Source: Bacteroidales bacterium (GTDB taxonomy: Bacteria > Bacteroidota > Bacteroidia > Bacteroidales > FEN-979). From it: a stretch of DNA of 64,000 nucleotides. The stretch's first letter is position 1. Every line of letters begins with the position of its first letter. The stretch lies in contig JAUXWT010000071.1 in NCBI GenBank assembly GCA_030681475.1, forward strand, positions 33,347-97,346, read 5' to 3'. Positions 1 to 8,944 of this stretch are shown piece by piece. The notes beneath the pieces are model-generated. The model did no database searches and was not told the DNA's origin. It was given only the letters and a program-made list of their open reading frames with translations. A program made the position numbers and the translations under genes.

Positions 1-2478
1 CATCTTTTGTTATATGGCGCCATTTGGACCAATGCCAATGCACCAATCCCGGCAGGCAATACAGCCATTTTTGACAGGTATGCCCGTTCGATGATCGCAA
101 GGGAAGCGGCTTTTGCTTATCTGATGGACCGGAAGTTTTCATCCAGCACCATAATTCCATTATCCCAGAATGACCGGGATTCTCTGCTTACCCGCGTTCT
201 CGGTCTTCTTGAGCAAATGAACACCGATGTGGATGTAGGTACTTTCTGGACTTTTTACAATCCGTGGCAGCACAGGTCAAAGGAACTCATTTCCTATCTC
301 ATTGCTTACGACCTGATGAAAGGCGCCGGTGTGTCACAACCACTGCTTGAAGCCTCAAAAGCAAAATTGATTACATTTTCGGCCAACCTCTATCAGAAAG
401 CATTGGCAACCTATACTTTCCTGAACCTGAAATTTTTTACCTACCAATTTAATAATCATAGTATTATGACAGCATCTGCCCTCGGCCTGGCAGCAATAGT
501 ATTCAATGATTATTCAAATGCCAATGTGAATTATCAGCCCCTGAACTGGATCAATGCCGGACTCTATAACCTGGATAATACCCTGTGGATGGAGAGTGGC
601 ATCTATCCGCGCGTGTCGGAACCGGACACCCTGGCAGGTTATGCAGAAGGACCACATTATTTTAAATATGCCTTCGAAAATGCCTTTCCATTTATACGTG
701 CTTTTGGTAATTTTCTTCCGGATGGTTACTATCCGGCCACGTTCAACAACACGACCAGAAACATCTGTAATCCATGGTTTGATACGCGATACGACCACCT
801 TTACGATTGGATGAACAAGATTCGGATGCCCGACGGGAGTTGTCCGGCCATACATGACGCCTACATGGGCTTTGGAACCGTCATTATGGCCTTGTCGGGA
901 AAGCCGCAATTTAACCGGCTCAATCCGGGCTTTACCCCTGATGATCCCTTTATCCGGACGCAGTATGTTTCGACAAATGTTTCGCATGGCCCCATTACGG
1001 ATAGCCTTTTTCAGCCAATGCCCGCAGCGGGAAGCCTGGTTTTTCGTTCATCATGGGAACCTTCGGCAGTGTATATGCACTTTATCGGCAAGCATGGGAT
1101 AGCCCTTACCGGCGCTAAAGCACACCACCAGGGAGATGCTTCCAGTTTTTCGCTGATGGCATATGGTGAACTTCTGGCCGTCGATCCGGGATATCCCGGA
1201 TCCTCACTGGCCGAACTCGAAAATAAAGCCACCGATCACAGCCTCATCCTTGTCAACGGAAACGGGCCATTGCCGCCTACCGGCGAGTTTGTCAGTACTT
1301 CAACCAATTCAGCTTATATCGAAAATTATTTTCATACGCCACTGCTCGACTACGGTGAAGTAAGGGTGGCATACCAGGGCGCAGAAATCATCAGGAAAAA
1401 CCTGTTCGTCAGAAACAAGTATTTTCTTCTTTCCGATTTTGTATCATCTGCAACGCCAAAGAATTACACCTTTCAACTGCATGGGAACGGATTATATGGA
1501 GGCACACCTTCGTCAACCACCGGGGCTTTCATTCCTGATTTCGGCAATGCCCGTGGCATTTATTCAAGGAACGCAGTTTCGCTGCTTGCACAGGTTACTG
1601 CACCCGGAGATGCTTCGGGATATGCTTATGAACTGGACAGCATGGCTATCGACGGTGGGTTCAGAAGATATTCAAAAATGCTTGTGCAAAAGAACAATAT
1701 CAACAATACGCTTTTTCTTTCCGTTCTGTTTCCGTATAATGCAAATTCTCCGATTGTTTTACCGGCAAGCCAGGGCGCTGCTGCCGCCTCAGTGAGAATT
1801 CAGGAGGATAATTTCAGGGATTTGGCTTTCTTTTCGAATAATGGCGTCCTTCACTCCATATCCGGAGACTCTTCGGGTATGAACAATCCGGTAAAGGGCA
1901 ATGGGAAGATCAATTTCCTGTCGGAAACTTCAGAGGGTAGTTTTTCTTCCGCATTTCTGCAAAATGGCGACAGTATCATTGCCGGAAATCAAACTATTAT
2001 CGGGACAGGAACTAAAATGGATGTTGCATGGATGAAATTCGATTCAGTTCTATCAGGCGGATATGTTTCCAATGGAGGCATCGTTAAATTTCACGCAGAT
2101 AAAATAATGCAGGCCCTTCGCGGACCGGTATCCACAATATCATATGACACTGTGAATCAATTGCTGGTGGTTATTTTCACCGGTAAAGGAAATTTTGTTT
2201 TCGGAAACCCGGATATGACCTGGGTATGGACCGGTCAGGCAAACGAAGATTGGCACAATCCGGAAAACTGGAAAATGCTTGACCATGAGTTTATTCAGGG
2301 GGTGCCGGTTGCAACAAATAATGTGATCATTCCCTCCGGTGTGATCAACATGCCGGTCGTAACTTCTGTTGGTTCAGCCAGTTGTCATAATCTCACCATC
2401 CACCCGGGAGCGGTGTTGACGATTGAGTTATTGAAGTTCCTAAGTGTTGAGGGAACCTTAACAATAGAATCTAACTAA
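1..2478 (+). CDS. heparinase II/III-family polysaccharide-lyase-like protein (5' end outside window)
   Basis: The reading frame stays open through nt 1-6, so the listed TTG at nt 7 is probably not the true start. A central HHQGDASSFSL...VDPGYPG motif is typical of the heparinase II/III C-terminal domain, and it follows a helical N-H-containing region. The C-terminal tail carries a WTGxxxxDWxNPxNW motif. No T9SS CTD is visible. Confidence 0.55.
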   Translation, partial: HLLLYGAIWTNANAPIPAGNTAIFDRYARSMIAREAAFAYLMDRKFSSSTIIPLSQNDRDSLLTRVLGLLEQMNTDVDVGTFWTFYNPWQHRSKELISYLIAYDLMKGAGVSQPLLEASKAKLITFSANLYQKALATYTFLNLKFFTYQFNNHSIMTASALGLAAIVFNDYSNANVNYQPLNWINAGLYNLDNTLWMESGIYPRVSEPDTLAGYAEGPHYFKYAFENAFPFIRAFGNFLPDGYYPATFNNTTRNICNPWFDTRYDHLYDWMNKIRMPDGSCPAIHDAYMGFGTVIMALSGKPQFNRLNPGFTPDDPFIRTQYVSTNVSHGPITDSLFQPMPAAGSLVFRSSWEPSAVYMHFIGKHGIALTGAKAHHQGDASSFSLMAYGELLAVDPGYPGSSLAELENKATDHSLILVNGNGPLPPTGEFVSTSTNSAYIENYFHTPLLDYGEVRVAYQGAEIIRKNLFVRNKYFLLSDFVSSATPKNYTFQLHGNGLYGGTPSSTTGAFIPDFGNARGIYSRNAVSLLAQVTAPGDASGYAYELDSMAIDGGFRRYSKMLVQKNNINNTLFLSVLFPYNANSPIVLPASQGAAAASVRIQEDNFRDLAFFSNNGVLHSISGDSSGMNNPVKGNGKINFLSETSEGSFSSAFLQNGDSIIAGNQTIIGTGTKMDVAWMKFDSVLSGGYVSNGGIVKFHADKIMQALRGPVSTISYDTVNQLLVVIFTGKGNFVFGNPDMTWVWTGQANEDWHNPENWKMLDHEFIQGVPVATNNVIIPSGVINMPVVTSVGSASCHNLTIHPGAVLTIELLKFLSVEGTLTIESN

Positions 2479-2491
2479 TCGATTCTGATTG

Positions 2492-2926
2492 TTAGAACGT
2501 TATCGTGTATTCATAAGAAACCGGGCCAGGCTTGGGCTGATCCGGCACATTGCTTTTTCCAGGATCGCTCTTTTTTGAGGTTGTATAACTGATTTCCACC
2601 CCAACCGGTAATTTGAAACTGATTTTTGTCTTTGTAGTCATTTTTACACGGACTCCCCGGTTTTTCACTTTTTCGAAACGGAGCAGACTCACAACCCGCA
2701 TGGCCTCTTCATCGCAACCATGACCGATCCCTTTCAATACCCGCGGATGCTGTACGATTCCGGTGTCGTGAATATCGTATTCAACGATTACAATTCCTTC
2801 CACCTGTGCTTCAAGCGCTGCATCAGGGTATCGCAGATTGGCGGCAATGAACTCCCTGAAAGCCTTGCTGCCACCGGTATATTTTGGCAGGTTCAGGAAT
2901 TTTTTTTTATGGTGATGATCCTGCAT
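2492..2926 (-). CDS. TonB C-terminal-domain protein (no obvious TM or Pro-rich region)
   Basis: The sequence FREFIAANLRYPDAALEAQVEGIVIVEYDI...G.V..PRVLKGIGHGCDEEAMRVV is the TonB_C fold signature. The protein is 144 aa and lies convergent with the upstream gene. Confidence 0.6.
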   Translation of the reverse strand: MQDHHHKKKFLNLPKYTGGSKAFREFIAANLRYPDAALEAQVEGIVIVEYDIHDTGIVQHPRVLKGIGHGCDEEAMRVVSLLRFEKVKNRGVRVKMTTKTKISFKLPVGVEISYTTSKKSDPGKSNVPDQPKPGPVSYEYTITF

Positions 2927-3091
2927 AGATCAGAGTTTTTTCCTTTGCACAAACACTAAAACGAGGGTAAAGATACAGCTTTTTCAAGGACTGGCGTGAT
3001 ATTTTCGGCCGCCATTGATTCACATAATCAATAACTTAACATTCGAGAAAAATATTTTCATAAAAGTATTGACAATAAGGAAATTACAGCC

Positions 3092-3099
3092 TATCTTTG
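3092..3099 (+). promoter_or_regulatory. candidate Bacteroidota -7 box (TATCTTTG = TAnnTTTG)
   Basis: It matches the TAnnTTTG consensus and lies 17 nt upstream of the ATG at 3116 in an AT-rich spacer. Confidence 0.35.
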
Positions 3100-3115
3100 T
3101 TAAAAAAAATGCCAT

Positions 3116-4660
3116 ATGAAAAAATTGATACTCCTCCTGATTTCAGTATTTTTTACTGTGCAGATCTTCAGCCAATCCGCTGTTGTCCAGGTAATTACCC
3201 CGAACGGCGGAGAGAATTGGACCATCGGTTGTCCATCCGTGATCCATTGGATCTCTTCCAACACTGCCGGGCCCGTAAAGATCGAACTGTTTAAAAGCGG
3301 CAACTTTTATATGACCATTGCAAGCCAGGTTCCGGCCGGAATCAACACATTTACATGGATCCCGCCATTCAACACGATCTCCGGGAATGATTTTAAGGTC
3401 AAGATCACTTGCATCACCAGTGTTGCAGGATTTGATTTCAGCGACGGTAATTTTTCGATAAACATGGGGACCCTCACGGTCGGATCGCCCAACGGTGGCG
3501 AAACATGGGTAAAAGGGACGATGCACCCGATCCTGTGGACAGACAATATCTGCGACAACGTCAGGATAGAACTATGGAAAGGCGGGGTATTCAATTCCGT
3601 GATCGCTGCATCTGTGCCATCAAACGGGTCATTCAATTGGGTGATCCCCAATGTGAATACGCTGGTTCCGGATAACGATTACAAGGTGAAGATCATGAGC
3701 CTTGCGAATGCAACCGGCACAACTTCCACCGTTCATGATTTCAGTGACAATAATTTCACCATTTTACCGGGACAGAATACCAGCCAAATTACCATTATCA
3801 CCCCGAACGGCGGTGAGAACTGGATCATCGGATGTCCATCCGTGATCCATTGGGTAACCACAACGGCAGCGACAGGTTCAGTCAAGATCGAATTATTCAA
3901 AAACAATTTGTACTATAAGACCATCGCCAGCCAGGTACCGGCAGGGGTAAGCTCGTTCACATGGATTGTTCCTTATTCCGTTGTTCCCGGCAACAATTAT
4001 AAAGTCAAAGTATCAAGCCTGACAAACACCACGGGTTTTGATTTCAGTGACAATGATTTTACAATACACCTGGGAAATATCACGGTTGGATCCCCGAACG
4101 GAGGCGAAACATGGGTTAAAGGGACGATGCATCCTATCCTGTGGACAGACAATATCTGCGACAACGTAAGGATCGAACTATGGAAAGGCGGGGTGTTCAA
4201 TTCCGTTATTGCAGCTTCAGTTCCATCCACCGGTACTTTCCACTGGATGATCCCCAACGTTACCACGTTGGTTCCGGGCAATGATTATAAGGTGAAGATC
4301 ATGAGCCTGTCGCTTGCAGGAAGTACAACGAATATGGTTTTCGATTTCAGCGACAACGACTTTACCATTGCCGGAGGTTCGCCTGTTTTGATGTCCAGGA
4401 TGTCTGACAATATTATTGTATTTCCAAATCCTTTTTCCACTGAGTTGTATGTGAATGTTGCAGAAGCATCCGATTCACCGGTTACTTTTGAGATCGTGAA
4501 CATCAATGGAGGCCTGATACTGTTGCAAACATCCGAATCCATGGCAGAAAATGAAACCGTCCGGTTAAACACATCGGCCATACCTAACGGGAAATATCTG
4601 CTTATTGTAAAAAAAGGGACTAAGGTCATATCCAGCCATCAGATTTTCCTGATCCGTTGA
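3116..4660 (+). CDS. secreted repeat protein (Kre9/KNH-like Ser/Thr-rich beta-sandwich modules x4) with T9SS C-terminal sorting domain
   Basis: There is a signal peptide (MKKLILLLISVFFTVQIFSQ). Four ITxPNGGExW...YKVKI modules are arranged A-B-A-B. The C-terminus IIVFPNPFSTELYVNV...GKYLLIVKKG is a typical T9SS CTD. Confidence 0.75.
   Translation: MKKLILLLISVFFTVQIFSQSAVVQVITPNGGENWTIGCPSVIHWISSNTAGPVKIELFKSGNFYMTIASQVPAGINTFTWIPPFNTISGNDFKVKITCITSVAGFDFSDGNFSINMGTLTVGSPNGGETWVKGTMHPILWTDNICDNVRIELWKGGVFNSVIAASVPSNGSFNWVIPNVNTLVPDNDYKVKIMSLANATGTTSTVHDFSDNNFTILPGQNTSQITIITPNGGENWIIGCPSVIHWVTTTAATGSVKIELFKNNLYYKTIASQVPAGVSSFTWIVPYSVVPGNNYKVKVSSLTNTTGFDFSDNDFTIHLGNITVGSPNGGETWVKGTMHPILWTDNICDNVRIELWKGGVFNSVIAASVPSTGTFHWMIPNVTTLVPGNDYKVKIMSLSLAGSTTNMVFDFSDNDFTIAGGSPVLMSRMSDNIIVFPNPFSTELYVNVAEASDSPVTFEIVNINGGLILLQTSESMAENETVRLNTSAIPNGKYLLIVKKGTKVISSHQIFLIR
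3186..4309. repeat. intragenic tandem duplication, about 607-bp period (A1-B1 / A2-B2)
   Basis: B1 (3473-3703) and B2 (4080-4309) are near-identical at DNA level over long runs, e.g. ctgtggacagacaatatctgcgacaacgt and ctatggaaaggcggggt. A1 and A2 share ccccgaacggcgg.gagaa.tgga.catcgg.tgtccatccgtgatccattgg. Confidence 0.85.
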
Positions 4661-4709
4661 GACCTGCCTAATTTTTACATCTGCCAAAAGCTGATCTGAA
4701 TATTTTTTT

Positions 4710-4743
4710 CTCCCGTGAAGTTAATTTTTTAACTTTACGGGAG
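4710..4743 (+). terminator. intrinsic-terminator-like hairpin (15-bp stem, UUUU loop)
   Basis: CTCCCGTGAAGTTAA-tttt-TTAACTTTACGGGAG pairs fully with one G-U wobble. It sits 50 nt after the stop at 4660 and follows a T-run. Confidence 0.6.
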
Positions 4744-4754
4744 ATCTTTCAACC

Positions 4755-7700
4755 ATGAGTTTCTTTGTAAACCTTGTCAGGTTAAATTTGCAGTGGTTTG
4801 GCCGGATGTCGGACTCGTTAATCTTTTTATCTGTTTTTTTATGTGTGTTTCACTCAACGAGTGGATTTCCCCAAGTATTCACCAAGGTAAACTCGGGAAC
4901 CAAGTCGGATATAAGGCAGTTGAAAATTACCCCGGACGGAACCGGGTATTTTCTTACAGATAAAATATTTGCATTTGATGGAAAGTCCTGGAAAAAGGCT
5001 GATTTTCCCGTTGCAGGGTTAATATCCACTTTCGACGCGATTTCCATGGATAATATATGGTACAGCACTTCACTTGAAACAAGTACCTCCATGTTATACC
5101 ATTATCATAACGGGGTCACTGAAACTATTCATGCCCCGTTTGCCAACGACATCACTTCCGTTTTTTTCCAGTCGGAAAACCTTGTGTTTTTTGCAAGTTA
5201 TTCAGATGTAGTAATATATAAAAATCGTGAATTTGAGAAATTCATTCCGGCAGTAATGTGCGGAATCATTAAAGCCATTTACGGGACCGGCAGGGACAAA
5301 TTCTGGGTTTTAAACCAGTCAAATAAGATGTTTTTCTGCAAAAACGGTCAATTTTTAAACATATTCCCTGATAAAACAGTGAATGATTTTCAATTTCTCA
5401 ACACGGATCATGGTTTTTTATTGACAGACGAGGCAATTATTGAGATCCAAGGTATGAACATCATCAGGGAATTTCGGAATAACTTGTTAAAGGATGTCAA
5501 AAAAATCCAATTACACGGGGATGAGATATGGGTAATTGGCACAGGCGGTCTTATCCTGATCCTGAAAGACGGATTATTCCGCCGGATAAATTATGAAGGC
5601 AAAGAAAATCTGAATGCACTTGGAACTGATGGTAATGGTGACATCTGGATCGCAGGGGATAACGGTTTATTACTATACAGCGGAAAGAAACATTTTCCCG
5701 CCTACGATGAATATTATCCCGGGTTTTCAGCTCAAAAATTAACATCCTTTGGGATTGTTGTGGACAATGAATATGGAGTGGCGTTTGCAGATTTTAACGG
5801 CGATAATAAAACAGATATTTACACGGTTTGTATCTCTGACCCTAATAAACTGTTCATCAATCAAACCAATCCGAAACTTGATGTTCCCCTCGCAAATAAT
5901 TTCAGGGAGGAGGCCGTGAAACGAGGGGCTTCCGGGTTGGTAATGGAAAAAGATATCCTGATTCCCTCGGAGTTGAAATTGGGTGTTTCGGTTGCTGATG
6001 TTGACAACGATGGAGATGAGGATATTTACCTTTCCTCATTGAACAGCCATAATAAATTATTGCTTAATAATGGCCATGGTTATTTCCGTAATGTTTCAAA
6101 CCAGAATGCCAGGGCCTGCGAGAATGTTAATCGGTGCAACGCTGCTGCATTTGCTGATGTTGACCTGGATGGCGACCTTGATTTATTCGTTACCAGTGAG
6201 CAGGGTCCCAACAGGTTTTTTATCAATGACGGAAACGGATATTTCACTGATGTTACTGAAACGGCAGGGGTTGCATCATCAGGGGCAGGTATGTGTGCCA
6301 CTTTTGGCGATGTGAACGATGACGGTTATCCCGATCTGGTTGTTACCTTTTGGTATCCGTCAAATAAAATCTATCTCAACGAATCGCGGAATGGTCAGGT
6401 GAAGTTTCGCGATATCACATTATTAACTGATCTCCCGAAAGCCGGTCCGGCAAAAAGCAATGCCGTGGTATTGGCCGACGTTAACAACGATGGACATCCC
6501 GACCTGTTCATCGCGAACCGTCATGCGGTCAACAGATTATATCTGAACGACGGAAAAGGCATTTTCAGGGATGAAACATCCCGGTATTTTGAAAACAAGG
6601 TTTATCTTACCAACGGAGCCGTATTTGCCGATTTCGATCTCGATGGTTATCAGGATTTGTATATAACCAACGTCGGAGACAATGTGATGTACAAGAATAT
6701 CGATGGTAAATATTTCGAAGATGTAACCGGTAAATTCGGCGCAGAAATGAGTGGATATTGTACCGGAAGCGCTGTTGGAGATGTTGACAACGATGGGGAT
6801 GTAGATCTTTATGCCGCAAATTATATCAATGGCAGCAGCATGATGTTCCTTAACAAAATGGAAAAAAGGAATTCTGTCACCTTTAAACTCCAGGGTACCC
6901 GATCGAACAGGAACGCAATAGGTGCAAAAATCTACTTATATGTAGTAAGGCCGGAAAGATCAGGCGATTCACTAGCCGGTTTCCGTGAAATTAGAGGAGG
7001 AGGAGGGTATTGCTCCATTTCAGCAAAGGAGGCGGTTTTTTCGCTCACCCCGGAATTGAACTATTATGCAGTAGTCTTGTTTCCAGCCTCAGGTATCCGT
7101 ATTAAAATAGATAAGATCACAAATGGATCAGTGATCCGTGTAAGTGAGGAAACAGGATTTGCAGCATATAAGACGTTATCAGAAAAAGCCTTGGTCAGGT
7201 TCCTCACCGACAGGGAAATCCAGTTGGAAATAGCTAAATATGTTGCTGTTTTATTGATCCTGTTAATCTATCTGTATATTCAGCGCAGGGGTTCCAGACA
7301 AATGATTGTCACGAGGTTTGTGTTGTGTCTTGCATTATTTATCATTTTCTCACTGGTTAACCAGTTTTTCCTGTTCAGCTCCTCAATTCTGTTATTTTCC
7401 CTGGTACCATCACTTGCAGTCATGGGATTGATTATCCTTCATCTGGTTACCGAAAGGATCCTGCTGAAGCGACAGGCAGAGCGGGACAAAAAGGAATTAA
7501 GAGAGAAAATTTCCCGTGATCTGCATGACGACCTTGCCTCCACACTGGGAAGTATCTCCATATATTCAAATACGTTAAAAGGAATGACGGATGCTACACA
7601 TCCGACTTTTAAAAAGCTCTCCGTTAAAATTGCCGAATTGACACAGACAGCTCTACAGTCGATCACTGACATTATCTGGATGACAGCGCCACGAAATGAT

Positions 7701-8105
7701 TCCCTGCAGCACCTGCTGTCGAAAGCAAGCGCCATGATGTTTGATGTGTTAACAGACAACAACATCAGGTTCAAGGAAAAAATTGAGCTTCCCGAACAGG
7801 ATATCATCTTGCGAGACAATATCCGCCATGATACTTTTCTCATCCTGAAGGAGGCGTTAAATAATGTGATCCGGCATGCCTCACCACAAATGGTAACCCT
7901 GAGTGCCTGTTTGTTTGATAAAATCTGCAAAATCCAGCTTACCGATGATGGTCAGGGATTCAGGGAGGATGAATTGCTACTCATGGATTTTCATGGAAAT
8001 GGATTGATCAATATGCACAGAAGGGCAGCGGATTCAGGAATTGAGTTACAGGTTCATTCAACCCCCGGTTTTGGCAGCCGAATTGAAATTTCTTTCCGAA
8101 TTTGA
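4755..8105 (+). CDS. sensor histidine kinase (HisKA_3/NarX-LiaS type) with a giant extracytoplasmic propeller + FG-GAP/VCBS + UnbV/ASPIC-like domain
   Basis: The N-terminal ~320 aa look like a propeller. About 6 FG-GAP/VCBS repeats follow (FADFNGDNKTDIY, VADVDNDGDEDIY, FADVDLDGDLDLF, FGDVNDDGYPDLV, LADVNNDGHPDLF, FADFDLDGYQDLY, VGDVDNDGDVDLY). Next comes an ASPIC/UnbV-like segment (NRNAIGAKIYLY...REIRGGGGYCS) and about 3 TM helices. The kinase core shows an H-box (RDLHDDLASTLGSI), N-box (LKEALNNVIRHA), DDGQGF and GNGLINM. The start may be the Met at 4806. Confidence 0.8.
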   Translation: MSFFVNLVRLNLQWFGRMSDSLIFLSVFLCVFHSTSGFPQVFTKVNSGTKSDIRQLKITPDGTGYFLTDKIFAFDGKSWKKADFPVAGLISTFDAISMDNIWYSTSLETSTSMLYHYHNGVTETIHAPFANDITSVFFQSENLVFFASYSDVVIYKNREFEKFIPAVMCGIIKAIYGTGRDKFWVLNQSNKMFFCKNGQFLNIFPDKTVNDFQFLNTDHGFLLTDEAIIEIQGMNIIREFRNNLLKDVKKIQLHGDEIWVIGTGGLILILKDGLFRRINYEGKENLNALGTDGNGDIWIAGDNGLLLYSGKKHFPAYDEYYPGFSAQKLTSFGIVVDNEYGVAFADFNGDNKTDIYTVCISDPNKLFINQTNPKLDVPLANNFREEAVKRGASGLVMEKDILIPSELKLGVSVADVDNDGDEDIYLSSLNSHNKLLLNNGHGYFRNVSNQNARACENVNRCNAAAFADVDLDGDLDLFVTSEQGPNRFFINDGNGYFTDVTETAGVASSGAGMCATFGDVNDDGYPDLVVTFWYPSNKIYLNESRNGQVKFRDITLLTDLPKAGPAKSNAVVLADVNNDGHPDLFIANRHAVNRLYLNDGKGIFRDETSRYFENKVYLTNGAVFADFDLDGYQDLYITNVGDNVMYKNIDGKYFEDVTGKFGAEMSGYCTGSAVGDVDNDGDVDLYAANYINGSSMMFLNKMEKRNSVTFKLQGTRSNRNAIGAKIYLYVVRPERSGDSLAGFREIRGGGGYCSISAKEAVFSLTPELNYYAVVLFPASGIRIKIDKITNGSVIRVSEETGFAAYKTLSEKALVRFLTDREIQLEIAKYVAVLLILLIYLYIQRRGSRQMIVTRFVLCLALFIIFSLVNQFFLFSSSILLFSLVPSLAVMGLIILHLVTERILLKRQAERDKKELREKISRDLHDDLASTLGSISIYSNTLKGMTDATHPTFKKLSVKIAELTQTALQSITDIIWMTAPRNDSLQHLLSKASAMMFDVLTDNNIRFKEKIELPEQDIILRDNIRHDTFLILKEALNNVIRHASPQMVTLSACLFDKICKIQLTDDGQGFREDELLLMDFHGNGLINMHRRAADSGIELQVHSTPGFGSRIEISFRI

Positions 8106-8164
8106 CCTAAACGGGCCATAGCTTCTCCCATTTTTAATTTTTAACTTGCAGCTAAATTTTTCCC

Positions 8165-8794
8165 ATGGAAATTACAATAGGGATCGTAGAGGACCATTCT
8201 GAATTCAGAAATAGCCTTGTATTTCTTATATCTTCGTTTACAGCATACCAGGTTGTTTGGGCGGTAGGGTCGGTTAGGGAGGCAATGGACAATAAAGAAC
8301 CGGTCGACATCATTCTCCTGGACATTAATCTTCCGAATCTTTCCGGAATTCAGGGAATTCCATTGTTCAAGGCAAAGTTCCCCGGCCAGAAGATCATCAT
8401 GCTGACCATTCAGGATGATGAAGAGAGTATTCTGAGCGCTATCAAAGCAGGTGCAGATGGGTATATCCTGAAAAAAACCAGCCCGCAAAAGATACTTGAA
8501 GCAATACAACAGGTGTATGAAGGCGGAGCAGCGCTGACTCCAATGGTTGCAAAACAAGTACTTGCGCTGTTTAAACCGAAAAAAGCGGTCAAAGTCACAC
8601 ATACATCCCTGACCCCACGCGAAAAAGAGATATTGACCCTTATAACGCAAGGAATGAGTACTTTGGTGATCGCTGAAACATTGTTTATCAGTATACAAAC
8701 GGTAAGAAACCATATCAAGAGCATTTATGAGAAACTTCATGTTCATTCCAAGGCTCATGCTGTTGCTATAGCGCTGAAGGAAAAAATAGTTTGA
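8165..8794 (+). CDS. response regulator, NarL/LuxR family (REC + HTH_LuxR)
   Basis: The receiver shows ILLDINLP (phospho-Asp context) and LTIQDDEESILSAIKAGADGYILK. The C-terminal LTPREKEILTLITQGMSTLVIAETLFISIQTVRNHIKSIYEKL is a LuxR-type HTH. It lies directly downstream of the HisKA_3 kinase. Confidence 0.9.
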   Translation: MEITIGIVEDHSEFRNSLVFLISSFTAYQVVWAVGSVREAMDNKEPVDIILLDINLPNLSGIQGIPLFKAKFPGQKIIMLTIQDDEESILSAIKAGADGYILKKTSPQKILEAIQQVYEGGAALTPMVAKQVLALFKPKKAVKVTHTSLTPREKEILTLITQGMSTLVIAETLFISIQTVRNHIKSIYEKLHVHSKAHAVAIALKEKIV

Positions 8795-8944
8795 AACAAA
8801 ATAACCCAAATGGGTCATTGTGAGAAAGTAAATTAAGTTGCAATTTTGGAGTAACATCAACCAAATATAAATTCACGAAATAAATTAGCAACAGATAAAT
8901 ACAAATTGAATTAATCTAACCATCTAATCTTAAAACAGTACACC

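Noticed and set aside
8141-8860. A 239-aa minus-strand ORF covering the response-regulator locus.
   Set aside because: It is fully antisense to a well-supported REC+LuxR regulator gene. The sequence is low-complexity with no recognisable motifs, so it is a shadow ORF.
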